From an uncultured Gammaproteobacteria bacterium (GTDB lineage: Bacteria; Patescibacteriota; Microgenomatia; UBA8517): a DNA stretch of 64,000 nucleotides. The stretch is taken from positions 67,256 through 131,255 of the forward strand of contig CAZYCE010000002.1 in the NCBI GenBank assembly GCA_964645605.1, read 5' to 3'. The position numbers were made by a program, and so were the translations under genes. This document shows, piece after piece, positions 8,305 to 17,999 of the stretch (the stretch's first letter is position 1; the number at the start of each line of letters is the position of its first letter). Under the pieces are notes generated by a model. That model did no database searches. It saw nothing but the letters and a program-made list of their open reading frames with translations, and had not been told where the DNA came from.

Positions 8305-9600
8305 TTATTTGCCCATATATTCTCTCACAATTTCCTGGTCAGACCAAGGAATTTCATGAATTCCGTCTAAATTCATGGATTTTTCATGCCCTTTTCCAAA
8401 TATACCGACGCTATCGCCTTTGCCGGCGTTTTTAAGTGCAATGCCGATTGCCTTTTTTCTGTCCGGCTCTTCTATTACTTTTACTTTTGAATCTTTAGAT
8501 TCCATGCCCGATTTTATCTCGGCAATTATATCTTCTACCTTTTCACTCCTGGGGTCCTCTGCCGTAAGAATCACTTCATCGGCCAATCTTGATGCAATTT
8601 TCCCCATTTTCGGGCGCTTAAAAGGATCTCTTTCACCCGCACATCCGAAAACCGCAATCAGTTTTCCCCGGGTTTTCCCGCGTAAATATTTTAATACGGC
8701 TTCAAGAGACTCGGGAGTATGGGCAAAATCAACAACAATTTTAATACCTTTAGAATTCTTAATTTCTTCAAATCTCCCCTCCGGCATGTTAAAAGACTCC
8801 ATTGTTTTGAGAGCAGATTCTTTATCTATGCCCAAAAATTCCATTGTTTTCAGAGCGATCTCGATATTTAAGTTATTAAATTTACCCGGAAGTATGTCCA
8901 AATCGGTATCAACGGGACCTAATACTTTATACCTACAGGAGTCTATAAAAGACTTTTTTACCCTTTTATATTCTTCAAAGGTCTTGTGATAGTCCAGATG
9001 CTCAGGTGCTATATTAGTCAAAACCCCTATATCAAAAGAGATTCCGGCAATCCTTTTCTGATCAATTCCATGGGAACTAACCTCGATAATGGCGTATTGC
9101 ATTCCTGCGTCGACCATTTCCTTCAAAAACCCGTGAAGAGAGATAGCGTCCGGGGTTGTGACATGGAAGCCTGTATCGATTTCCCTATCTCCGATTTTTG
9201 CGGCATTCGAGGTCACCAAACCGACTTTTTTGCCGAGCCTACTAAGCATGTGGTAAATGATAAAGCAGGTTGTCGTTTTACCCTTCGTGCCGGTTACACC
9301 GATTATTTTAAGCTTTTGTGAAGGATCTCCAAACCAAGCGGAGGCGAGGATCCCAAGCGCCTCACGGGAATCTTGGACTTTGATATAACCAGCATTCTCA
9401 ATTTCAAGCTCTTCTTCACCTACTATTATTTTTGCTCCATTTTTTATTGCCTCTCCAATATATTTGTGACCGTCAGAATGCAGGCCCTTCACGGCAACAA
9501 AAATATAGTTTTCTTTGACTTTGCCGGAGTTCGCTGAAATTCCCGAATATTTGGAGATGTTTTTTTTCAGCTCACTAAGATTTTGGTAAATGCTCTCCAT
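8305..9600 (-). CDS. murE: UDP-N-acetylmuramoyl-L-alanyl-D-glutamate--2,6-diaminopimelate (or L-Lys) ligase
   Basis: 431 aa. P-loop GVTGTKGKTTT, HVTTPD and the Mur-ligase central and C-terminal domains are present. Confidence 0.85.
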   Translation of the reverse strand: MESIYQNLSELKKNISKYSGISANSGKVKENYIFVAVKGLHSDGHKYIGEAIKNGAKIIVGEEELEIENAGYIKVQDSREALGILASAWFGDPSQKLKIIGVTGTKGKTTTCFIIYHMLSRLGKKVGLVTSNAAKIGDREIDTGFHVTTPDAISLHGFLKEMVDAGMQYAIIEVSSHGIDQKRIAGISFDIGVLTNIAPEHLDYHKTFEEYKRVKKSFIDSCRYKVLGPVDTDLDILPGKFNNLNIEIALKTMEFLGIDKESALKTMESFNMPEGRFEEIKNSKGIKIVVDFAHTPESLEAVLKYLRGKTRGKLIAVFGCAGERDPFKRPKMGKIASRLADEVILTAEDPRSEKVEDIIAEIKSGMESKDSKVKVIEEPDRKKAIGIALKNAGKGDSVGIFGKGHEKSMNLDGIHEIPWSDQEIVREYMGK

Positions 9601-10684
9601 AAATCGATTTTACATCAAAATTGATACTAATTAATGTAGCATCGTCTTTAAGTTTCATTCTCGGAATCTTGGTAAAATCAGAGTCCGATTCCAATATTGA
9701 GGCACCCCGCATCAGAGGCGACTCATTTTCCGATGTCTCAAGACTTCCGACAAAATTCCGGACTGCAGTGCCCACGGAAGTGTCCTTTTCCATGTACGGC
9801 AAAATTGCCCCGTCAGAAAACATTAAAATCGAGCAAAGGTCGTCGTTTATAGGTATTGAATCCGTATAAATTAAATTATTACTGATCATTTCCACCATGC
9901 CATTCATAATTCCGCAACCGCCTACTTTGTTAGTTTTCCTATGAAATGATTCGATCAGTTGCCGACGCAATAGCTCCTTTGCTTCCGGGATACTTCTAAA
10001 TTTCGATAAATTAGAATTAAATTTTTCCGACAGTTCCCGGGCATAATCCATGGTTTCTTTATCAAATTTTTCATTCAGGTTTGGGGTAACTATCTTTACT
10101 GCTTTCTTTTGATCAACAACGGCAATAGCACAATCGGCAACTTGCGCAAGCGTAAGTCTTTTTTCCGAAATATCGACAAGTAAAAATGCCGCTGCCATCC
10201 CCGGAACTGAACATGCATCCGAATAGTCGATGCCCGGAACTTGCTTTAGTCTGGTGTGAATCCAGCTGTTCATGGCCATCATTGCGTCTTTTGCGGTCAA
10301 TTCCTGCCTTGTACACAATTCTTGACACTCAAGGCTTCCGGCAAAGTCCATAGAGGCCATATGCGAAATATAAAAAGCGCCGCTAATCCCGACATCGTCA
10401 AGTCCTTCTATTTTCTTTTGACTTGAAGCCCCGTCAAGCACCGCAAACAATGTTCTACCCTTTCCCATGGGAAGCACCGTATAAGAATCTTCATTTTTCT
10501 TTCCTTCAGCACCGGAGCCTAATGTTTCCATGTAGGCCGATCCAAAAGTATATTTCTCCGACTTTATATCGTGTTCCACTCGCGTCATATCTACATACCT
10601 CAGGAACGAGAACATGCGGCTCCGCATGGAAAGATCCCGGAGACTGTCGGTTTCGGAGTGGCTGGTTTTAATTTCTATTTCCAT
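9575..10684 (-). CDS. PP2C-family (PPM) serine/threonine protein phosphatase
   Basis: 369 aa. The PPM motifs are present: NEDS (motif 1), LFAVLDGASS (motif 2, cf. FAVFDGHGG), MFSDGAILPY (DG..D motif) and the C-terminal DDATLISINF (DDiTvivv-like). Confidence 0.65.
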   Translation of the reverse strand: MEIEIKTSHSETDSLRDLSMRSRMFSFLRYVDMTRVEHDIKSEKYTFGSAYMETLGSGAEGKKNEDSYTVLPMGKGRTLFAVLDGASSQKKIEGLDDVGISGAFYISHMASMDFAGSLECQELCTRQELTAKDAMMAMNSWIHTRLKQVPGIDYSDACSVPGMAAAFLLVDISEKRLTLAQVADCAIAVVDQKKAVKIVTPNLNEKFDKETMDYARELSEKFNSNLSKFRSIPEAKELLRRQLIESFHRKTNKVGGCGIMNGMVEMISNNLIYTDSIPINDDLCSILMFSDGAILPYMEKDTSVGTAVRNFVGSLETSENESPLMRGASILESDSDFTKIPRMKLKDDATLISINFDVKSIYGEHLPKS

Positions 10685-10694
10685 GGTTAGAAAA

Positions 10695-11018
10695 CTAGAT
10701 TACCTTTTCTGCTTTCTTCATAGCGTTAAATGGCAAAGGGGCTTTATCGGGATCTCCGATGTATTCAGGAAAACCCGGAGCAGGTACTGCATTAACCAAA
10801 ATTTGTTCTTTGCCTCTGCTAAAGAGGGCCGCGTAGTGAACTCCGTTACCCTCGCTCGCTTCAGGGTAGACTAACACGCTTTTTTCGGCATCAGGAAAAT
10901 TATTGTTCACTTTTTCAATAATTTTAGTAACGGAATTCCGGCAATCGTTTGCTGCCGTCAAAGAGTCATCTTCCTGAAGAAGTTTTCTTACAAAACCGCC
11001 AATGTTCTCTATAGACAT
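10695..11018 (-). CDS. Hypothetical small protein (107 aa)
   Basis: ORF only. No recognisable motifs. It is tightly packed between nagB and the PP2C gene. Confidence 0.4.
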   Translation of the reverse strand: MSIENIGGFVRKLLQEDDSLTAANDCRNSVTKIIEKVNNNFPDAEKSVLVYPEASEGNGVHYAALFSRGKEQILVNAVPAPGFPEYIGDPDKAPLPFNAMKKAEKVI

Positions 11019-11026
11019 TAGATTAG

Positions 11027-11824
11027 TTAATTCAGCCTATCAAGAAGGCTTCCCGCCCCCCGGTCAAGAATAAAGGTAACGGCCGGATGTAGTCTTAAAA
11101 ACGAGGCAGGGGCATCCTCACAAACATCCCCTTCTAAGACCTTTTTCATTCCCGCCGCTTTACCCGAACCTTTAGCTATTAGAATTATTCTCTTTGATTC
11201 CATTATGTCTGCGATTCCCTGTGTTATAGCCAAGTGGGGAACCTTGCTTTCGTCTCCGTCGAAAAATCTGGCATTCGCTTTAATAGTTTCGGAATCGATT
11301 CGAACCAACCTGGTTCTGGAATCAACTTTTGAACCGCGTTCGTTAAAGGCGATATGACAGGTAAGACCCGGTCCTATACCCAAAACGGTTAGATCGGAAG
11401 GCCCTATTTCTTTCAGGACTGATTGGTACCTGACCACTTCATCCTCCGGATCTTCAGCCGAAGAATCGGGAATGTGCCTATGGCTCGCGGGGATGTTGAC
11501 ATGATCAAAAAGATTATCCCGCATAAAACGATAATAGCTCTGTGGATGGTCCTTTGGCAACGGCCAGTATTCGTCGAGATTCTTTGTGATTACCTTGCTC
11601 ATATCCAGTTTTTTTTCGCGGTACGCTTCAATCATCAAACTATATAGGCCCAAAGGGGAGAATCCCGTGGCTAAGGTAAGTACTGCATCGGGTTTTCCGA
11701 GAATGGTATCAGCCATGATATCAAAGGCGTATTTATCAACCTCAGCACCTGAAGGCAACAAAACCACATCGGGCGAGGATACCTGAAGATTTTCTGACAG
11801 CGAACTCAAAAATTCGGATGTCAT
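11027..11824 (-). CDS. nagB: Glucosamine-6-phosphate deaminase / 6-phosphogluconolactonase family (NagB-like)
   Basis: 265 aa. VLTLATGFSP and LGIGPGLTCHIAFNERGS resemble the NagB LGIGPDGHIAFNEP active-site segment. Confidence 0.7.
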   Translation of the reverse strand: MTSEFLSSLSENLQVSSPDVVLLPSGAEVDKYAFDIMADTILGKPDAVLTLATGFSPLGLYSLMIEAYREKKLDMSKVITKNLDEYWPLPKDHPQSYYRFMRDNLFDHVNIPASHRHIPDSSAEDPEDEVVRYQSVLKEIGPSDLTVLGIGPGLTCHIAFNERGSKVDSRTRLVRIDSETIKANARFFDGDESKVPHLAITQGIADIMESKRIILIAKGSGKAAGMKKVLEGDVCEDAPASFLRLHPAVTFILDRGAGSLLDRLN

Positions 11825-11879
11825 ATAGTTATTAACTATCTATATCATTTTACACCCCTTATGCAAGCCGGTTGTCAAT

Positions 11880-13655
11880 TTATTTCACAGTAACGGATTT
11901 TGCTAAATTTCTGGGTTTATCCGGATCTAAGCCTTTTTTTATCGTTAAATAATAGGCAAGAATTTGTGCCGCAACAATTTCCGGAATAATGGAAGCCTCT
12001 CCTGCATCGGCAATGTGTATATAATAATCAAACACCTCATGTGGCTTATAGGAAATACCTATAATATACCCTCCTCTGGCTCTCATTTCCATGGCACCTG
12101 CGAGATTTGCACCGTATGTTTCATCATTGGGTAGAAAGCTAATGCAAGGTGTTCCCTTTTCTACAAGTGCCAGAGGACCGTGTTTTAGCTCGCCTGCCGC
12201 CAAACCTTCAGCGTGAATATATGAAACTTCTTTTATTTTTAGGGCTGTCTCTAAACTTGCCGGATAAGAAAGGCCCCGCCCAATTACGTAAATATGATCC
12301 TTGTTTACGATTTTAGATGCCAAGAGGTCAATTTTTTTCAAAGATTTCGGTGAAAGTACTTCCTTAACTGAGGCTACTGAAGCCATAAGCGCTTTCCTGC
12401 CTTCCTCCACCCCACCATTAAGTGAATTAGCCAAAAGTATAAGATGGGATAGCATCCCCGTCAGAGCTTTGGTGGAAGCAACTGCTCTTTCCTGTCCGGC
12501 ACCAATCAGCATTTTGTAGTCTGAAAGTCTATAAAGTGAAGATCCAGGAACATTGACTAAACCCAATATTTTTGCCCCCTTATCCTTTGCTTTTTTTACG
12601 GACTCGAGGATATCCATGGTCTCGCCCGACTGAGAAATCGCTATCACGAGACTGTCTTTATTTAAAAAATCAAGACTGTACCCAAACTCGCTGCCGATTG
12701 CCCAATTTACATGCCTTTTGGCAATCTTCGAGAAAAGATAGGAACCCGCCAAACAAGCATAAGAAGCCGTCCCGCAACCTACCAAATATGTTCCCCGTGC
12801 ATTTTTAATTATTTTGGCAATTCTTTCCGTCTGAGCGGATGCCGAAATGGCAATGTCTCCCATGATTTGAGGCTGTTCAAAAATTTCTTTGAGCATAAAG
12901 TGTTCATATTTTCCTTTTTTATCCACATCAACCTTCCAATCTAGTTTTTGAATATGCGGAATTATCTTTTTGCCGGTTTTAACATTTAAAATTGTCACTT
13001 TATCGGGTGAAAGAATTGCCATTTCATTGTCTTCAAGAAAATAGATTTCCTTTGTATAGCTAATAAGCGAAGAGGCGTCGCTTGCAAGGAAATTTTCATT
13101 TTTACCGTATCCTATTGCCAGGGGTGATCCGTTTCTGGCGGCTATAATTAAATTTTCCTTTGCGCTTACCGCAATTATGGCATTAAGCCCTTCCATCCGA
13201 TTAAAAGTTTTTCTTACAGACTCAACAAAAGTCCCGGTTTTGGAATAATCCTCAATTAGATGAGAAAGCGTCTCCGTGTCTGTTTCGGAGGTAAACTTAT
13301 GACCATTTGTAAGTAATTCTTTTTTTATACCCTCGTAATTCTCAAAAATTCCATTATGAATAACAGCAACTGTTTTTGTACAATCAAGAAGGGGATGGGC
13401 ATTAGCTTCCGTCACTCCTCCGTGTGTTGCCCAACGCGTATGGCCGAATGATAAATGGCTCTTAGGGAGGTTGTCGACATTGGCATTTCCGATTTTCCCG
13501 ATCCTCTTTTTGACTACAATTTTGCTTTCTTTACCAATGGGGATAACCCCGACTCCCCAGCTATCATACCCACGATATTCAAGGCTTTTCAGACCCTTAA
13601 AAACAATGCTCTGTCCGTTATCTTTGTAGCCGATATATCCGAATATTCCGCACAT
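11880..13655 (-). CDS. glmS: Glutamine--fructose-6-phosphate aminotransferase (isomerizing)
   Basis: 591 aa. The N-terminal MCGIFGY Ntn-amidotransferase domain is followed by two SIS domains and a C-terminal ...VTVK. Confidence 0.95.
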   Translation of the reverse strand: MCGIFGYIGYKDNGQSIVFKGLKSLEYRGYDSWGVGVIPIGKESKIVVKKRIGKIGNANVDNLPKSHLSFGHTRWATHGGVTEANAHPLLDCTKTVAVIHNGIFENYEGIKKELLTNGHKFTSETDTETLSHLIEDYSKTGTFVESVRKTFNRMEGLNAIIAVSAKENLIIAARNGSPLAIGYGKNENFLASDASSLISYTKEIYFLEDNEMAILSPDKVTILNVKTGKKIIPHIQKLDWKVDVDKKGKYEHFMLKEIFEQPQIMGDIAISASAQTERIAKIIKNARGTYLVGCGTASYACLAGSYLFSKIAKRHVNWAIGSEFGYSLDFLNKDSLVIAISQSGETMDILESVKKAKDKGAKILGLVNVPGSSLYRLSDYKMLIGAGQERAVASTKALTGMLSHLILLANSLNGGVEEGRKALMASVASVKEVLSPKSLKKIDLLASKIVNKDHIYVIGRGLSYPASLETALKIKEVSYIHAEGLAAGELKHGPLALVEKGTPCISFLPNDETYGANLAGAMEMRARGGYIIGISYKPHEVFDYYIHIADAGEASIIPEIVAAQILAYYLTIKKGLDPDKPRNLAKSVTVK

Positions 13656-13666
13656 ATTTTGAGTAA

Positions 13667-14683
13667 TTAATCTGCCGAGTTGAGAGAATCCACCACCTTT
13701 AAAATGGCTTTACGGAGTTTATTGGAATCATGCCTGATAATGCTGCGGAAAAGCTTGTCGCCTTTCTCTTTTTTGGGTAGCTTGTCAGACAAAAGATCTG
13801 TCCGAATTATGCGAACATTCGGATTGACTTGACCTATTTTTAAATCATCTTCGATGGGAAAATTATCCATTTCCGCATAAGCTCTTAGGGCAGCTTTGGG
13901 ATAGTTCGTATTATTATTAACCAAAACGTAATCAAAGAGCGTGAGAGGCATGTATTTTTTGAGATCTTCAAAAAAATCAGACAGAGAATAGTAGGGAGTT
14001 TCACTCATGGAATTCATTAGATTGCCGATAAACATAATTTTTCCTTTTGTATTATTGAGTGCTCCGACTACCCCATCCACAACCAAGTCTGCAATCGTGT
14101 TTGTATAAAAACCTCCGGGACCGATAATTATCAGATCGGCATCAAGAATTGCTTTTTCCGCTTCTTTGTTTATTTTTGCTTTTGGCGTCGTTGTCAAATT
14201 TTTAATTCTGCTGCCGGGATATTTGGGAACGTCTATATTATGTTCGCCTATCACCTTTTTACCGTTTTCATACTCCGCAACCAACCTCACATTGTCATAG
14301 CTAATCGGAAAAATATCTCCTCTTACCTGCAATAGACGACATGTTTCCTCTATCCCTTTTTTCTGGGATCCCATTATGTCGGCCATTGCCGCCATAAACA
14401 AATTACCGAAAGTCATTCCGTCTAATCCCTTGCCGCCTTTACTGTATCGATAAGTAAAAAGTTTCCGGAGCACTGTCTTATTTTCGGAAAGTGCCACTAT
14501 CGCTTGCCTAATCCCGGATGTCGGTAAAAGACCAAACTCGTCACGGATTATGCGATTTGATCCTCCGTCATCAACCATTGTCATAAGCATTGTTATGTGT
14601 ACCGGGGCGGAGCTTAAACCGGAAGCAACAACATAAGAGCCTGTTCCTCCCCCGATGATCACAATTTCAGGAATTTTATTCAT
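13667..14683 (-). CDS. YvcK/CofD-family (UPF0052) gluconeogenesis factor-like protein
   Basis: 338 aa. IVIIGGGTGSYVVASGL and DLIIIGPGGFYTN are typical of the YvcK/CofD family. Confidence 0.8.
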   Translation of the reverse strand: MNKIPEIVIIGGGTGSYVVASGLSSAPVHITMLMTMVDDGGSNRIIRDEFGLLPTSGIRQAIVALSENKTVLRKLFTYRYSKGGKGLDGMTFGNLFMAAMADIMGSQKKGIEETCRLLQVRGDIFPISYDNVRLVAEYENGKKVIGEHNIDVPKYPGSRIKNLTTTPKAKINKEAEKAILDADLIIIGPGGFYTNTIADLVVDGVVGALNNTKGKIMFIGNLMNSMSETPYYSLSDFFEDLKKYMPLTLFDYVLVNNNTNYPKAALRAYAEMDNFPIEDDLKIGQVNPNVRIIRTDLLSDKLPKKEKGDKLFRSIIRHDSNKLRKAILKVVDSLNSAD

Positions 14684-15932
14684 TTTTTTCTAAGATTTCG
14701 GCCCCTAGAGATTTTAATCTTTCAGCAATATTTTCATACCCTCTGGCAACTACTTCAACATTTTCTATTTCACTCCGGCCCTCCGCGCAAAGGGCGGCTA
14801 AAATTACCGAGATACCCGCCCTAATATCTTTGCAGAATAGTCTATCACTCATAAGAGGGGTTGCTCCGCTAACTATTACGCGATGAGGGTCGGCTATAAA
14901 TATCTTCGCCCCCATAGAAATTAGGTCGTCAACAAAAAACATTCTCCATTCATACATCCAGTCATGACAGACAACTGTTCCTTCAGTCTGTGTTGCCAAA
15001 ACAATAAAAGGACTCATCAAATCTGTCGGAAAACCCGGCCATGGACGTGTCTGGAACTTTCCCCTGGTGGAAACAAGCTTTGACGGCAAAACCATTAAAG
15101 AATGGTCGGTTTGTTTAAAGTTCACACCCATATACCTCAAATAATTCATAATCATCGGGTAACGCCCGGCGTCAAAATCTTCAATTTCCACTTTTCCTCC
15201 GGTTATGGCTGCGGCAATGGCAAAAGTACCGCCCTCAATATGATCCGGGCAAATTTTATGTTTAACGCCCCTAAGTTTATCTCCTTTGATTCGCAGGACA
15301 TTAGATCCGATTCCATCGATGTGTGCGCCCATTTCTACAAGCATTTCAGCCAAATTGGTTACATGAGGTTCTGTTGCGGCATCCTCAATGGTAATGCCTG
15401 AAGAAAGTGACGAGGCCATCATAAGTCCCATCTCGGTCGCGGTAACTGAAGGCTCATCAAGAAATACATTTACAGGTTTTCGTTTCTTCCAATCAAGGTA
15501 AAATCTGCCGTCTTTACGTCTAATTTCAACGCCCATTCTTTGCATCATGGCGAAATGGGTATCCAAGAGCCTTTCTCCAATTTGATCGCCCCCGGGAGGG
15601 GTAACAATTGTTTTGCCAAACTTGACCAAAAGAGGAGCCGCCAAAACGACCGACGCTCTGAATCTTGAGGCCAAATCGGGATCAGGGTCAAACGAGTTAA
15701 GCCCCCGTGGATCTATGGTAATTTCATGATCACGCTTTTCAACCTTCACTCCGAGACGGGAGATCATATCAAGCATCACTGCCACATCGGAAATATCGGG
15801 CACGTTTGTTAGTACCGTTGGGGAATCTGCCAGAAGCGCTGCCGGGATTAACTTTAAAGCCGAGTTTTTGTTGCCGGACAGTTTGATTGCGCCTTCAAGC
15901 TTGTTTCCGCCCTGCACAATAAATTTCGACAT
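14676..15932 (-). CDS. murA: UDP-N-acetylglucosamine 1-carboxyvinyltransferase, with Asp at the fosfomycin-target position
   Basis: 418 aa. KLSGNKNSALKLIPAALLA is the MurA N-terminus. The active-site loop reads PPGGDQIGERLLD, versus E. coli PGGCAIGARPVD. Confidence 0.9.
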   Translation of the reverse strand: MSKFIVQGGNKLEGAIKLSGNKNSALKLIPAALLADSPTVLTNVPDISDVAVMLDMISRLGVKVEKRDHEITIDPRGLNSFDPDPDLASRFRASVVLAAPLLVKFGKTIVTPPGGDQIGERLLDTHFAMMQRMGVEIRRKDGRFYLDWKKRKPVNVFLDEPSVTATEMGLMMASSLSSGITIEDAATEPHVTNLAEMLVEMGAHIDGIGSNVLRIKGDKLRGVKHKICPDHIEGGTFAIAAAITGGKVEIEDFDAGRYPMIMNYLRYMGVNFKQTDHSLMVLPSKLVSTRGKFQTRPWPGFPTDLMSPFIVLATQTEGTVVCHDWMYEWRMFFVDDLISMGAKIFIADPHRVIVSGATPLMSDRLFCKDIRAGISVILAALCAEGRSEIENVEVVARGYENIAERLKSLGAEILEKNE

Positions 15933-15951
15933 TCTGATAATTGGTATTGTA

Positions 15952-17661
15952 TCACCTATCAGGCGCTATCCCAAAATAGGGGAAAAGATCTTTTGCAATC
16001 AAATACCAGGTTGGAGCCGCTGTTTCCGCTGCCCAGGGGGAAGCTTGAGGCGAGTTTAGAGTAACAAGCATAACAAATTTAGGGTTAACGGCAGGTGCAA
16101 AACCTATAAATGAATGGTTGGTGTTATTTTCATCATAATGCCCTTCAACTGCAATTTGGGCGGTGCCGGTTTTTCCCGCTATAGCATACCCGGGAATCTT
16201 GCACCACTTCGCCTCACCACTATTGGCGGCCTCAACCATCATTTGCGTCATTTCTGAAGCCGCCTTCTGACTGATTATCCTGGTTGGGGCATCCGACTCT
16301 ACTTTTTCTTTCCAGCCTTCGCCATTAACAAAATCCACAACCCTGGGGGTAACAAGGTAGCCTCCATTGGCTATAACAGAAACGGCCCTTATCATCTGTA
16401 TTCCGGTTACGGCAATTCCTTGGCCAAAACTGGCTGTAGCCAGATCTACTTCGTTCCATGTCCCCTTTTGTCTAAGTTTTGAAGGTGTTTCACCTTGCAA
16501 ATCTATACCGGTTTTTTGCCCAAAACCGAATTTGTATAGATAATCGTATAGCCTGTCAGCGCCTAGTTTTTGTCCGACAAATGACATTCCCACATTGTCG
16601 GACTGCACTATCACGTCGGTCATAGATATGTTGGGTGTGTATTTATCATTCCAGGTTTTGATGAAGTATTTATCAAGCTTTAGAGCACTTCCACAAATAT
16701 CACAGGGGGTATCAGGTTTAACAACGCCGGCATCAAGCCCCGAGGCCATAATTACAACTTTAAGAATCGATCCGGGTTCGAAAGTGTCTGTGATAACCGG
16801 GTTTTTAAAAAGCGAGTCCGAATAGGAACTGTAATTTGAGGGATTAAACGAAGGTAAACTGGCCATGGCCAGAATTTTACCCGTCTTAGGATCCATTATG
16901 GTCACGCTCCCGCCTTTTGCCTGATATTTCTCAATTCCTTCGGCAAGCCCTCTTTCCGCTACAATCTGGGCTCTTTTATCGATATTGGTCAGAAGATCTA
17001 CTCCGGAAATTGCCGAAACCTCAGTGGTACCCCCCATAAGCAGAGGTGAGCCCTTTGCGTCCCGTTCTCCGCCAATAAACCCCGATTTTCCGCTTAGGGG
17101 AAGATTGTAGTATCCCTCCAGGCCAAAATAACCTATATCGTTTCCGTCGCTATCTTTACCCACAAAGCCCAATATTTGTGCAGCCGACGAAGCTTCCGGA
17201 TAAAACGAATCCTCCACGGAATCAAACCCGATTCCTTTCAAATCAAGAGCCTCGATGTTTCTTTTGACCCGGTCATCAACTTTCGACCTAAGTAAAACCC
17301 AACTGACGTCTTTCTCCAAAAGAGTACGAATTCTATCTCTTTCCTGAGACAAAGTTGCTTCATCAATTTCTCCATCCACAAGAATAGGAGTTATCTTTTT
17401 TGACATTTCGGAGGCAGATATATCCATTATGCGGGGATTGGCCCAAACGTTCCAGGCAGGTATTCTGGCAACCCAAGGAGTTCCGTCAGAGGCTAAAATA
17501 TTGCCGCGGGGAGCGGAAGTAACGGTTGAGGTGTTGTGTTGATTTTTAGCTTGATCGGCAAGGGATTTTCCTTCGACAACCTGCCAATAAAAAAGCCTTA
17601 CCGCCAGTGCCAAGAAAAGAAGTATAAAAAATACTGAAAGAACTCGTATTCTGGCAAACAT
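15952..17661 (-). CDS. ftsI: Penicillin-binding protein / peptidoglycan D,D-transpeptidase (FtsI/PBP2-like)
   Basis: 569 aa. An N-terminal TM is followed by a PBP dimerisation domain and the transpeptidase motifs SILK (SxxK), SDN and KTGTA. Confidence 0.85.
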   Translation of the reverse strand: MFARIRVLSVFFILLFLALAVRLFYWQVVEGKSLADQAKNQHNTSTVTSAPRGNILASDGTPWVARIPAWNVWANPRIMDISASEMSKKITPILVDGEIDEATLSQERDRIRTLLEKDVSWVLLRSKVDDRVKRNIEALDLKGIGFDSVEDSFYPEASSAAQILGFVGKDSDGNDIGYFGLEGYYNLPLSGKSGFIGGERDAKGSPLLMGGTTEVSAISGVDLLTNIDKRAQIVAERGLAEGIEKYQAKGGSVTIMDPKTGKILAMASLPSFNPSNYSSYSDSLFKNPVITDTFEPGSILKVVIMASGLDAGVVKPDTPCDICGSALKLDKYFIKTWNDKYTPNISMTDVIVQSDNVGMSFVGQKLGADRLYDYLYKFGFGQKTGIDLQGETPSKLRQKGTWNEVDLATASFGQGIAVTGIQMIRAVSVIANGGYLVTPRVVDFVNGEGWKEKVESDAPTRIISQKAASEMTQMMVEAANSGEAKWCKIPGYAIAGKTGTAQIAVEGHYDENNTNHSFIGFAPAVNPKFVMLVTLNSPQASPWAAETAAPTWYLIAKDLFPYFGIAPDR

Positions 17662-17662
17662 A

Positions 17663-17995
17663 TTAAGGAAGTTGGGCTACGGTCTCCTTAGATCCTGAAA
17701 CGTATATCGTATCAGACGGTTCTACGTAACCAAGCTGTACACTTTTTTCTTCAAGATCACTCAAGGACAGTGATTTAACCAGAATATTTTCCAAATTTCT
17801 CTTTTCCGCCTCAAGTTCGCTTTGTTTTTCTCTTAGGCTGGCAACCTCCACCCCTGAACTGGCCGTTTCAACAGTCATAATAACGGATGAGATTGCAAAA
17901 ATTCCTCCAAAACCAAGAAGTACATATTTAATAATACTTCTTTTTTCAGTTTTTATAGTTTTATGTTGTCTTATCAAATTTGTTCTTTTCATCAT
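17663..17995 (-). CDS. ftsL: Cell division protein FtsL-like (single TM plus coiled coil)
   Basis: 110 aa. It has a TM helix (VLLGFGGIFAISSVIM) and then a coiled-coil segment. It sits between rsmH and ftsI. Confidence 0.55.
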   Translation of the reverse strand: MMKRTNLIRQHKTIKTEKRSIIKYVLLGFGGIFAISSVIMTVETASSGVEVASLREKQSELEAEKRNLENILVKSLSLSDLEEKSVQLGYVEPSDTIYVSGSKETVAQLP

Positions 17996-17999
17996 ATTG

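Noticed and set aside
8375-8989. 204-aa plus-strand ORF inside murE. Similar antisense ORFs lie at 4842-5390 and 41028-41546, and there are many 60-110 aa ORFs in the track
   Set aside because: They are antisense or nested within confidently identified genes and have no motifs. They are typical shadow ORFs.
9600-10700. Impression that the PP2C gene is GC-richer than its neighbours (possible horizontal insertion)
   Set aside because: A hand count (~47% GC) is not distinguishable from the adjacent dcw genes (~45-50% GC).
13656-13666. Possible glmS ribozyme upstream of glmS
   Set aside because: Only 11 nt separate glmS from yvcK, so there is no room for the ~150-nt ribozyme.
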